Positions 1-8,453 of a stretch of DNA of 64,000 nt are shown one piece after another. Below the pieces are notes generated by a model. It saw nothing but the letters and a program-made list of their open reading frames with translations. It was not told where the DNA came from and ran no database searches. Both the position numbers and the translations under genes were made by a program. Every line of letters starts with the position of its first letter. The stretch's first letter is position 1. This DNA comes from a virus: positions 2,506 to 66,505 of IMG/VR virus record IMGVR_UViG_3300042356_000058; one strand, written 5' to 3'.

Positions 1-504
1 TTCTGCATTAGCCGTATCTAGTTCTGCCTTCGCTTTTTCAAGTGCTTGCAGTTTAGACGCATACTCAGTCATCTGATCGTTTGCACTTTTTTGGAGTGCG
101 GCTGCACCAGCCATTGCTTTTTGGGCATCTGCAAGTTTTGCTTGTGCTTCAGTATCAGCGGCCTGTGCTTTGGCTGTCAGCGCATCCGCTTTAGCTTGTG
201 CAATCTTAACGAGTTCTGTAGCCTGTGCTTTAGCATCCGCTATTGTGCTTGCTGCCTCTGCTGATGCTTTTTCTAACGCTGCTTGTGAATCAGCCGCATT
301 TTGAGCAACCGTATCACGCAACTTTAAAATCTCATCTGCAGGAGCCACCAACTCAATATACTTTTTGTTCTCAGCCGTCGCCGCTTCTAATGCGTCTACT
401 TTTGCTTTATAAGCAGCGGGGTTGGCAACAACCGTGAGCAGATCCATAAGCTGGCTTGAACCACCACCGCCCATTGGTGTTCCGTCTTGGTTATACGTGG
501 TCAT
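1..504 (-). CDS. Ala/Lys/Gln-rich coiled-coil late protein (3' end runs off the window)
   Basis: Not in the ORF track. ATG at 504 overlaps the upstream stop (ATGA) and the frame stays open to position 1: MTTYNQDGTPMGGGGSSQLMDLL...AQAKADALTAKAQAADTEAQAKL... Confidence 0.8.
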   Translation of the reverse strand, partial: MTTYNQDGTPMGGGGSSQLMDLLTVVANPAAYKAKVDALEAATAENKKYIELVAPADEILKLRDTVAQNAADSQAALEKASAEAASTIADAKAQATELVKIAQAKADALTAKAQAADTEAQAKLADAQKAMAGAAALQKSANDQMTEYASKLQALEKAKAELDTANAE

Positions 505-842
505 GATAATCCTCCGCCACCGGCTTGGATAATGGTCAATGTTGCAGAACCTGTAGTGCCAGTGTCTAAAACTAAACGAACACCTGTGCAAGGATACGCA
601 ATGTTTCCGTTAAAGTTCGCTGTTGCTGGTGTTCCAGAAGGTGTGGACGGGTGATAGAACCATGTTGCTGAAGAGGGAGTAAATCCCGCAGCAAATACAT
701 CGTCAAACGTGTATTGAACATAGGCGTTCACCGTTCCAGTAATTACCAATGCAAGACCCCAATTTGCAGGGGATACATAGGTATCTACTGGATAGACGTT
801 GGAGTTACCGACTCCCCTAACGGTTAGTCTGACTGGGCGCAT
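501..842 (-). CDS. Putative small beta-rich virion structural protein (113 aa)
   Basis: T/G/V-rich ORF with AGGAG RBS, in the operon downstream of the capsid genes. Confidence 0.6.
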   Translation of the reverse strand: MRPVRLTVRGVGNSNVYPVDTYVSPANWGLALVITGTVNAYVQYTFDDVFAAGFTPSSATWFYHPSTPSGTPATANFNGNIAYPCTGVRLVLDTGTTGSATLTIIQAGGGGLS

Positions 843-854
843 TTTACGCTCCTA

Positions 855-1340
855 TCAGACTTGGCTGGGGTTAGCTGAGCCGTTAGATTCACGCACGACG
901 TACACGCATGTAATCGTAGCAGCACCGCCACTAGCCGTACCAGCGCAAGCGTAGATTGATTGGATGACCAAATCAGTTGAGCCAACGTTCAGATATGTGC
1001 CGATCTGTGCGCCTGTAACAGTTACAGTTGCACGGCCCACAGCCAAAGGTGTAGTAGTTGCACCGCCAACGGTGGCTAAAGAAGTGCCAGCAGCAGTTTG
1101 AATAGTGATTGTGTTACCAGTAGTACCAGCGTAAGCGGTGGTAATGTCTACTAGGAACTCTAAAATTTGTGCGCCAGCAGGTAAAACAAATTCTGTAGTA
1201 GCAGTGGTGTCGCTAACAGTGGTCTGGCCAGTCTGTGTAACAACAGTTGCGCCCATGTTGCGAATCGTGCCAGCAGTAGTGCCAGTAGTGTTTTTAACAG
1301 TGCCGAGCAGCCAAGGGCCAAGGTGTGATGCGAATCCCAT
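855..1340 (-). CDS. Putative capsid decoration/virion protein (161 aa)
   Basis: T/G/A-rich beta-type sequence downstream of the major capsid gene; TAAGGA RBS. Confidence 0.6.
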   Translation of the reverse strand: MGFASHLGPWLLGTVKNTTGTTAGTIRNMGATVVTQTGQTTVSDTTATTEFVLPAGAQILEFLVDITTAYAGTTGNTITIQTAAGTSLATVGGATTTPLAVGRATVTVTGAQIGTYLNVGSTDLVIQSIYACAGTASGGAATITCVYVVRESNGSANPSQV

Positions 1341-1344
1341 GATA

Positions 1345-1425
1345 TTTCCTTACATACAAGTTAAGTGCATCAATCTGTATGTCGTCAGCCGGGACTGTTT
1401 GATGCACCGGTAAATCCCGGATTAC
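1345..1425 (-). ncRNA. Structured RNA: two hairpins with complementary loops; candidate Mu-gpT-DE-like element
   Basis: Stems CCGGGA/UCCCGG and ACAUACA/UGUAUGU plus a 9-bp loop-loop pairing GUGCAUCAA/UUGAUGCAC; lies downstream of a gpT-like capsid gene and behind its own promoter. Confidence 0.65.
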
Positions 1426-1429
1426 TGTG

Positions 1430-1458
1430 TTTATACCACTACGCTTACTTGGGCGCAA
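1430..1458 (-). promoter_or_regulatory. Sigma70-like promoter
   Basis: TTGCGC-17 nt-TATAAA with a TG extended -10. Confidence 0.65.
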
Positions 1459-2038
1459 CAAGTTTGTTTGATTTCTTTAAATTTTCTTCTTGCGTGATGA
1501 CGCGCAGGTTCCACGGGACATGCAAGCCACAGACTTCATGCGATTGCAATGGCACGATGTGGTCGACCACGTATTGTTCGCCAGTGGTCTTGGACATGGT
1601 AATGGCTATCTGATAAAGCTGGCGTATTTCAGATTTTTGTTTGTGCGTCAGCCACGGCGGGGTGGCATCACGAAACCGACGACGGCGAAAACTGGTAAGT
1701 GTTTTGTACAAGTCAGGGTTACTTTGCTTGTACTTATTCTTGTACGCCTGTTTTTCTGTTGTGGGACGTGCTTGTGCGCGGGCAATAACCTGTGCCCTAT
1801 TTTTCTCATAATACCGCTGTTTAGCTTCTCCACCTGCATCTGACTTGTTGTACTGCTTGAAGTACTCCGCGCGGTTGCTACTGCCTTTTTCCCACTCAAC
1901 TTTTAAACATTCTACACACGCGCCTTTGGTTTTGCGTGCAACTATGTGCCCGTGCTTGCAAGGCTGTCCAGTGAAATAATACTTGGCACCAGTAGCTTTA
2001 GCTTCGGCGCGGGTCTTGGGCAAGTTGGTAGTGTCCAC
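1445..2038 (-). CDS. Free-standing HNH homing endonuclease
   Basis: C-terminal VDHIVPL...CGLHVPWNL...N HNH motif and N-terminal Cys/His cluster; likely GTG start at 2038 after AGGAG. Confidence 0.85.
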   Translation of the reverse strand: MDTTNLPKTRAEAKATGAKYYFTGQPCKHGHIVARKTKGACVECLKVEWEKGSSNRAEYFKQYNKSDAGGEAKQRYYEKNRAQVIARAQARPTTEKQAYKNKYKQSNPDLYKTLTSFRRRRFRDATPPWLTHKQKSEIRQLYQIAITMSKTTGEQYVVDHIVPLQSHEVCGLHVPWNLRVITQEENLKKSNKLVAPK

Positions 2039-2045
2039 GTTAGCT

Positions 2046-2092
2046 CCTGTGTTACGACACAGGTAATATACCACAACCAAAACAAAAATCAA
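2046..2092 (-). promoter_or_regulatory. HNH promoter and RBS-sequestering hairpin
   Basis: TTGATT-16-TATATT with TG extension; hairpin CCTGTGT-cgta-ACACAGG overlaps the AGGAG RBS. Confidence 0.55.
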
Positions 2093-2097
2093 CACCC

Positions 2098-2126
2098 AAA
2101 GAAAAAGGGCCCCGAAGGGCCCTTTT
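2098..2126 (-). terminator. Rho-independent terminator after the major capsid gene
   Basis: AAAAGGGCCC-TTCG-GGGCCCTTTTTCTTT on the minus strand (UUCG tetraloop plus U-tract). Confidence 0.9.
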
Positions 2127-2148
2127 AGTAGTACTTTTGGTACTAATT

Positions 2149-3060
2149 TCAGGATGTACCGGGTGAACCGAAGACACCCAGAGGGTCAGACCAGCCAAAG
2201 CTGTAACGCTCACGGGCCTTGTAACGGACGTTGCCGGTATCAAAATCCCCATCCATTGAGTTTTGCAATGGAGTACGTTCGAAGTGCTTCAAACCGTTAG
2301 GTACATCTGTACACAAGAACCAAGCATTATTGTCGGTCAAGAAGTGGTTAACGGTGTAGCCTTCAGGGATAGAACCGTTATTCTTGAGCGCGTTAATGTC
2401 GTTGTCGGTTGTGCCAACACGCAAAGAAGTCTCAAGCAAACGAGTTGCAACGAACATCAGTGCAGGTGGAACAATCAACTTACGTGGCTTAGCAGCGATC
2501 AACAGACCGCGCTCATCAGTCCAAGCGGCGATTTGAATAACGGCGTTCTCAAGAGAAGTTTCGTTCAAATCAGCGTTTGTTGATGGACGGTTGCTGTTAG
2601 TAGCGCCGTTGACCAAGGGGTGTGCAGTGCTAAACAAAGCAACGCCGTCGCCACCGGGATAAGCGGCAGAGAAACCATTGTTGATAACGTTTGCAGCTTT
2701 AACCTGCTTGGTGTAAGACATAGCGCGAGCCAAGGCTTTGGTGTAACGAGCAGACAGGCTGTCATACAAGTTATCTTCCACAGCTTCTTCCGTGATGGAG
2801 AAGCCTAGAGCAATAGTCTCGTGGTTGTAACGTGCTGTGAAAGCTTCCTGTGCATTGTCATAAGCGATGGCAGAGCCCTCACTCTTAACAGGTGCAGCAG
2901 AGAAACCAGACAGTTTTGTCTCTTCTTCAAAAGAACGCTCAGATTTCTCTGTTTCGTAGAGTTCTTTGTGCTCTTCGCCGTAACGAGCGTACTCCAAACC
3001 AAACAAAGCGTTCAGGCCCGGGAGGAGTTCTTTAAGTAGTTGTGCGCGTGAAATAGCCAT
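2149..3060 (-). CDS. Major capsid protein (Mu gpT-like)
   Basis: 303 aa, MAISRAQLLKELLPGLNALFG start, PRKLIVPPAL and terminal RERYSFGWSDP motifs; position after the scaffold gene and before a strong terminator. Confidence 0.85.
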   Translation of the reverse strand: MAISRAQLLKELLPGLNALFGLEYARYGEEHKELYETEKSERSFEEETKLSGFSAAPVKSEGSAIAYDNAQEAFTARYNHETIALGFSITEEAVEDNLYDSLSARYTKALARAMSYTKQVKAANVINNGFSAAYPGGDGVALFSTAHPLVNGATNSNRPSTNADLNETSLENAVIQIAAWTDERGLLIAAKPRKLIVPPALMFVATRLLETSLRVGTTDNDINALKNNGSIPEGYTVNHFLTDNNAWFLCTDVPNGLKHFERTPLQNSMDGDFDTGNVRYKARERYSFGWSDPLGVFGSPGTS

Positions 3061-3073
3061 TTTAAATTACTCC

Positions 3074-3904
3074 TTAAGCAATGCTGGTGCCAGCATAGTA
3101 CTGATGCTGACCAAAGTTAATTTTGACCAAGATCTCTGGGTACTGCACGAGCACTAGCGTAGAGCTGGCACCAAACGCAACAGCGGGAGCTTGATTCAAA
3201 ATAAACGATGTAGCACCGGCAGATGCGGCGGTGTCGACAAAAGAACCGGAAGAAATGTACTGTCCATTTGAATCCAGCGAACCAACGTCTGTACCAACAG
3301 GCAACGCGAACGGCAAAGCCGAGCAAGTTACGGTAGCGGTAGAAATGCTGGTATAAGTTACTGTACCTAAAGTAACAGCCGTGTCAGTCACCAAACCAAG
3401 CACGCGAACGGGCAAGGAAGAGGTGGTTGCAGGAGTGTCGCTCGGTGCAAGAATGGCATTTTTAGAGTTGCCAGTTGCAGTGCTACCTGTGTTGTTAATC
3501 ATGGCCAAGTTTTGGCCAATCATGGCGCGAGCGCCAGAAGCAACAGCAGTAGTAGCAGAACAAACGACACCTTTAAACACCGTGTCAGGATCATCACAAA
3601 CAATCGCAACAGCGTCACCAGCTGCAGTTGATGCAGGCCAGTATTGCTGGAATTGCTTTTGTTTTGTAACGGGGTTAGTAAACGAGCATCCCAAGAAGAT
3701 ACCTGTTTGATTGCCTGCTGTGCCAGTAGACACAGACAGACGCACGATTTCACCACGAGACAAACCTACGTAATCGCCGTAGAAAATGTTTGTGGAGTAA
3801 CCGTTAGTAATCGGATACTCACGAGTAGAACCCGCAAATACCTGACCTCCGATCAAATTGATCGGTTTTAGCCCGTAAGGGGCGTCGATAACCGGATAAG
3901 CCAT
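3074..3904 (-). CDS. Putative capsid cement/decoration protein (276 aa)
   Basis: APYGLKP...IFYGD motif, T/A/G-rich, immediately upstream of the major capsid gene. Confidence 0.55.
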   Translation of the reverse strand: MAYPVIDAPYGLKPINLIGGQVFAGSTREYPITNGYSTNIFYGDYVGLSRGEIVRLSVSTGTAGNQTGIFLGCSFTNPVTKQKQFQQYWPASTAAGDAVAIVCDDPDTVFKGVVCSATTAVASGARAMIGQNLAMINNTGSTATGNSKNAILAPSDTPATTSSLPVRVLGLVTDTAVTLGTVTYTSISTATVTCSALPFALPVGTDVGSLDSNGQYISSGSFVDTAASAGATSFILNQAPAVAFGASSTLVLVQYPEILVKINFGQHQYYAGTSIA

Positions 3905-3919
3905 AAAAGACTCCTATGT

Positions 3920-4378
3920 TTATTTAGAACCAGAACCAAACCCATTTCCGCGTGTTGAAGTCGACTTGCGGTCGGAAAACAACGGCATCCTTGGGTCATT
4001 ATTTCGCATGAAGTGGTTGTCCACTGAGTCCATCTGGTTTTGAGCTTGATTGCTGTAGTACTCCGCCATTGCAGCCAACTGACCCTTATGAATCTTGCAA
4101 AGCATAAGTCCGCCAATCTCAACGTTGCCAGTAACGGGGTGTCCCTCAATCATCAATTCCGGATGGTCTACTGCCTTAACCGGTACCCAGCCGTCGCGAG
4201 TCTTGCGAGACACGTTGGTTGGATCAGCTTGTCCCAGAACATGAGTCGCAATATAGCGGAACTCAAAATCTGGATCAGGTGTCGGATCGGGCAGGGCACT
4301 CGACGGTTTGTAAACGTATCGAGTTTGTTTTTCGCGTGTTTTTAAATCACGTTGTGTGCGGTCTTGTGTTTCAGCCAT
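3920..4378 (-). CDS. Hypothetical head-module protein (152 aa)
   Basis: Overlaps the scaffold stop; FRYI...GWVPV...GGLMLCKI pattern. Confidence 0.6.
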   Translation of the reverse strand: MAETQDRTQRDLKTREKQTRYVYKPSSALPDPTPDPDFEFRYIATHVLGQADPTNVSRKTRDGWVPVKAVDHPELMIEGHPVTGNVEIGGLMLCKIHKGQLAAMAEYYSNQAQNQMDSVDNHFMRNNDPRMPLFSDRKSTSTRGNGFGSGSK

Positions 4379-5321
4379 TCTGTCTCTCCAGTTTCATCAC
4401 TTCAGCAGCATACTGCTGCGGGGTTAGTCCATACTTTTTAGCCAACGCAACTTGCGTCGTAGTTAGCTTCACCTTTCCTGCACTCGTAGAACGAGACGCA
4501 GAAGCAACGACCGTGGAAGGCTTCTTGACTGCCTCACCAGACCTTTTGTCTCGTGATCCACTGAAAATATCAGGGAACGTCGACCTCATGCGAGCATCAA
4601 TCTGCTCGAAGTATTCCTCAGAGCGGGGGTCAACCCCGTTTGTGACTAGTTTTTGATGCAGCCCTAGTGCGTAGCTGGTGTATTCTTCAAACCCTTGTGT
4701 CCCGAACCACTGGTTTTTAGCCTGCCAGCGCAGAGTTTTTTCGTCCGGTTCAGCCTTCACAGGCTGGGTTTGTTGAGTTTGTACCTCAAAATTTTCTTCC
4801 TGTAAAGGGGCAGGACGATAATTTTTTGTTTGTTCAACTTTTATTTTGGCATCCATCACCGCTTCTTGAGCTTCAATGATGGCGTCCGTGTCAAAAGACT
4901 CCTGTGCTGCTTTGAGTTTGCGACGCGCCATGTCCAGTTCGGAATCGGCACGCTGTTTAGCACCCTCAATTACTGCTTCCTGCCCAGTATATACGTTTTG
5001 TTTAAGTCTTTTGTTTTCTTCTACAAGATGTTGTGCAAGACGCTCAAGCTCTTGTTTCTCCCGCATCGTAGCTTCTTTGACTCGGCGCTCGTCGTGACGG
5101 GCGTGCGTCAGCTCTTTGATTCGGTTCTTCACCTTGTCGGAGTACGACTCAATTTCTTCGTCAGTTGGATCAAGAACTTCTTTGTCCAAGGGCTTGCGGC
5201 CCCTGTCACGTTCAGGCGTGTCGTCTTCAATTTCTATGTCAACTTCGCCTTCCACCTCAATTTCAATCTCGGGCGGGTTCTTGTCTTCAATTTCGTCTGG
5301 GAACTTATATGGTTCAGCCAT
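4371..5321 (-). CDS. Putative capsid scaffolding protein
   Basis: Acidic N-terminus, coiled-coil middle, C-terminal LTTTQVALAKKYGLTPQQYA; lies between portal and capsid. Confidence 0.7.
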   Translation of the reverse strand: MAEPYKFPDEIEDKNPPEIEIEVEGEVDIEIEDDTPERDRGRKPLDKEVLDPTDEEIESYSDKVKNRIKELTHARHDERRVKEATMREKQELERLAQHLVEENKRLKQNVYTGQEAVIEGAKQRADSELDMARRKLKAAQESFDTDAIIEAQEAVMDAKIKVEQTKNYRPAPLQEENFEVQTQQTQPVKAEPDEKTLRWQAKNQWFGTQGFEEYTSYALGLHQKLVTNGVDPRSEEYFEQIDARMRSTFPDIFSGSRDKRSGEAVKKPSTVVASASRSTSAGKVKLTTTQVALAKKYGLTPQQYAAEVMKLERQNG

Positions 5322-5331
5322 TTTTACTCCT

Positions 5332-5763
5332 TCAAGCGTGGGTTATTCCACGAGGGTCTTGCACAACAGCATCAACTTGGTCGTCGTTGATGAGACGGAA
5401 CTCTTTGCCATAGATCTTGACTCGCGTACCAGAATACGTACGTACAAGCACAAAATCACCTTCTTTGCACCATGCTCCTGCGGGGAACTTGGCGGGGTCT
5501 TTATACGCATCTGGGCCGACCTTCATCACAAACAGCACGGTTGTAGAGTGCTCTTCCTGACGCATGGTGGCTGTCGGTTTGTATAAATCTGTACCTTCAA
5601 TCTTTTCAGAGACATCTGGCACAGCGCACAAAATCTTCCAACCTGTGGGGTCGGGTAGTTGTCGTGCTTTTTCTTCGTCCGTAGCTTCTGGGGCGGGTGC
5701 CGCCATCGGCTCGATAGTTTCAGGCAGTGCAAAAGCACCGGGAGACAAATCAAGATTACTCAT
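5332..5763 (-). CDS. groES: GroES/Cpn10-like co-chaperonin
   Basis: PTGWKILC...VMKVGPDAY...KEGDFVL..YSGTRVKIYGKEFRLINDDQVDAVV follows the Cpn10 pattern. Confidence 0.85.
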   Translation of the reverse strand: MSNLDLSPGAFALPETIEPMAAPAPEATDEEKARQLPDPTGWKILCAVPDVSEKIEGTDLYKPTATMRQEEHSTTVLFVMKVGPDAYKDPAKFPAGAWCKEGDFVLVRTYSGTRVKIYGKEFRLINDDQVDAVVQDPRGITHA

Positions 5764-5950
5764 CTGATTCTTCAACTTTCTGCAGCAGGTCGATTAGATA
5801 ACGCTCTGCGAGTGCTAGACCCGAAATAACACCACAGAGTTTTTGATATTCTTCAAATGATCGACACGAACCGCCTGCGAGATCGTCGGCGTAGTTGTTC
5901 ATGTCAGTGCGTAATTTTTCGCGCAATACGCGTGCGAATTCTTGGATCAT
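5756..5950 (-). CDS. Hypothetical protein (64 aa)
   Basis: Overlaps the portal stop and the GroES start; helical. Confidence 0.7.
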   Translation of the reverse strand: MIQEFARVLREKLRTDMNNYADDLAGGSCRSFEEYQKLCGVISGLALAERYLIDLLQKVEESDE

Positions 5951-8445
5951 TTTCTAGAACCTTGGTTCCTGCTGTTTGAGAGCGCAGCAGTTCGCGCTTG
6001 TAAATCCATCTGGGCTTTACTCTTTGCAATGTCAGTGCCCAGCTGCACGCCTGCACGCTCTTGCTCAAACTGCTGTTTAGATTTACTTTCGTTGATCTGC
6101 GCACCAACCTTAAGAGAGTCAAGCTCCAAGTTGCCTTTGACTTTTTCTTCTTCCAACGATTGTTTGTCGGAAGCAATGGCGGCGTCGATCATCATCTTTT
6201 GTTTCTTCAACTCCAGCTCGCCTTGTTTGATCTGCAACTCCTGCATCTGAAGCTGCAAGACTGGGTCTTGTGCTTGTTGCTGTGCTTGTTGCTGGGCAGC
6301 TTGCGCTTGGTTCTGCATCAACACCTGATTGGCCGCTTGAGCCATCATTGCCGAGAGCGCAATCTCCACTTGTGGTGGCAACTTCTCGTCTTCGGGTGGC
6401 AGGGGCATGCCCAACTGCTGCTCGATCTGCTGGCGCATTTTGTAGCCAACGTGCTCTGCAATGTGCGCAGTAAGTGCACCCATGATCTTGGGAGCCTGTG
6501 GGTTCTGGCCAATAAACTGCTGAATCATCGGGTCTTGCAACATCATCATGTGCACTTGGATATGTGACTGATGGTCTTGGTACAGGAACGCTTTGAGCGG
6601 TGTGCCCTTGAGTGCGTTCTGATTCTCTTGCACTGGATCAATCGGTTTCTGATCGTCCTCAATCGGTACAAGTTTTTCTGCATTCTTGATACCCAACACG
6701 TCCAGCATCCCGCGATGCAGCTCTGGCAAGTTGTAAATGTCTGGAGCCATCTGCGCCATCTGAATCACAGCTTGGTACTGCACCACTCGCTGGCTCATCG
6801 TCGCCGCATTGGGGTCAGACACAGGGATCACGTCCACCAAGTCATAGTCCGCTTGTTTAGCTTTGCGGTTGCCGTACTCTGGATCGTACGTGTAGTCTGG
6901 ATCAGTGTAGTCACGGATCAGGTTCTTCAAGAGTTTTAACTCTTGCTTCAATGCAAAGTGCACACGAGCCTGCACAGCGGACATCACCTTAAGCTGTCTC
7001 TCTAGCAACGCCAGCGTTGTACCCACGGGCGCGTTCGCGCTCATGTCGGAGACCTTCATGTCTGAGGTAGATGCGAAGCGGCGGCCTTCTTCAACAATGT
7101 TGTTGAGCAAGTTGTATAGCGTAGCGCTTGGCTCTTTGTATGGCAGGGGCAGGATGTTGTCCCGAATGTTGCCAGAACCAATGTCTACATCTCGCCACTC
7201 TCCGGGGGCAATCGGTGTGTCATCACCTTTAATCCGAAGGCCACGGGACTTAAGTCCGCCCGGTAAGTTTGACAGTGTGCCCGCATCCACCAACTGGCGC
7301 ATGAGAGATGTTGCAGATTTGGCAAAGCCGCCGATGAGGTGGAACAAGCCAAAACCGTAGGCTCCGAAGCCGGGGATGTATTGGTAGTGGACGAAGTGCT
7401 GGCGCTTAAGTTTGAGGTCATCGTCTTCTTTCCAATTTCTACGAATCGACAAGATGTCGTTCGTGCCTTTGATGATGGTTACAACATAGGGCAGCATGAT
7501 GCCCGTCTTCTCACCCTCTTCGTCCTCGTCTTCGTAGCCTTCAAGGTCTAGGTCAACGTGGCACTCAAGCAAGATGTAGCGCTCATCGTTCAGGTCGCTA
7601 AAGCCTGTCTCTTTATCTTTGGCTTTCTGAATTTCTGTCTGCTCACGCGTGGGGTCAGACAACTCAACGTCATCAAGATAAAACCCTGACTGCTGAAGCT
7701 TAATAATCTCGTTCTTTGTTTTACGCATCACATGTGTGACGCGGTGGCATGTATCTAAATCTGTCGCGCCGTACGGGAGGATGATGTCTTCTGCAGGAAT
7801 AAACATCGAGACTTGACGTCCCAAGCTGGGATCAAAGTACACCTTCTTAAACGCGGAACCGGTAGCGGGAAGTGACCACAGCATGCGCTCATGCTCAGCG
7901 CGGAACTCCACCATGTTCTCTGTCAACTCAAAGTTCATGTCTTCTTCAACGTTGGCCGCTTTCTCCCTTGTCTCTGGGGAATCTTTACCAACTATTTTTG
8001 TACGCACAGGGCCACGCGCAGGGAACGTCTCGGTAATTGTCTCGGCTTGGAAGCGAACAACCGCTTCTGTAATCATGGGGTGGAACACGCCGCACGCACC
8101 GTTCCAAGGTTCTGTGCGCTCCTCCATCTGCAGGCCCAGCAGTTTCAAACCTTCAACGTAAGACTTCTCCCACTCTTTGCGTGATGCTTTGTCGTTGTCA
8201 ATATCACCTGCCAAGTCTCCAGCAAGTGACTGCAAGACGCTAGCAGAAACGTACTCGGCCAAGTTATCGGCAAAGCCTTCTTCCGTATCGTCATCCTCGG
8301 GAGTCATTGTGATCTCCAAACCATCCATGCCAATGGTGACTTCTTCGGGATCAACGATCTCGATTTCAATGGGGGACTCTTGCTCTGCAAGTGCGTCGAT
8401 GCCAACGGGTTGTTGGTACAGCGCTTTGTCGATATTCGTTGCCAT
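5947..8445 (-). CDS. Portal protein with long Gln-rich C-terminal extension
   Basis: 832 aa directly after TerL; HPMITEAV, GSAFKKVYFD and YGFGL motifs; Q-rich helical tail. Confidence 0.85.
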   Translation of the reverse strand: MATNIDKALYQQPVGIDALAEQESPIEIEIVDPEEVTIGMDGLEITMTPEDDDTEEGFADNLAEYVSASVLQSLAGDLAGDIDNDKASRKEWEKSYVEGLKLLGLQMEERTEPWNGACGVFHPMITEAVVRFQAETITETFPARGPVRTKIVGKDSPETREKAANVEEDMNFELTENMVEFRAEHERMLWSLPATGSAFKKVYFDPSLGRQVSMFIPAEDIILPYGATDLDTCHRVTHVMRKTKNEIIKLQQSGFYLDDVELSDPTREQTEIQKAKDKETGFSDLNDERYILLECHVDLDLEGYEDEDEEGEKTGIMLPYVVTIIKGTNDILSIRRNWKEDDDLKLKRQHFVHYQYIPGFGAYGFGLFHLIGGFAKSATSLMRQLVDAGTLSNLPGGLKSRGLRIKGDDTPIAPGEWRDVDIGSGNIRDNILPLPYKEPSATLYNLLNNIVEEGRRFASTSDMKVSDMSANAPVGTTLALLERQLKVMSAVQARVHFALKQELKLLKNLIRDYTDPDYTYDPEYGNRKAKQADYDLVDVIPVSDPNAATMSQRVVQYQAVIQMAQMAPDIYNLPELHRGMLDVLGIKNAEKLVPIEDDQKPIDPVQENQNALKGTPLKAFLYQDHQSHIQVHMMMLQDPMIQQFIGQNPQAPKIMGALTAHIAEHVGYKMRQQIEQQLGMPLPPEDEKLPPQVEIALSAMMAQAANQVLMQNQAQAAQQQAQQQAQDPVLQLQMQELQIKQGELELKKQKMMIDAAIASDKQSLEEEKVKGNLELDSLKVGAQINESKSKQQFEQERAGVQLGTDIAKSKAQMDLQARTAALSNSRNQGSRK

Positions 8446-8453
8446 GTTGTTCC

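Noticed and set aside
1345-1425. Hammerhead ribozyme (CUGACGA between two stems with loop-loop contact)
   Set aside because: The required GAAA after stem II is replaced by UAAG and no stem III or cleavage triplet can be built; kept only as a structured RNA
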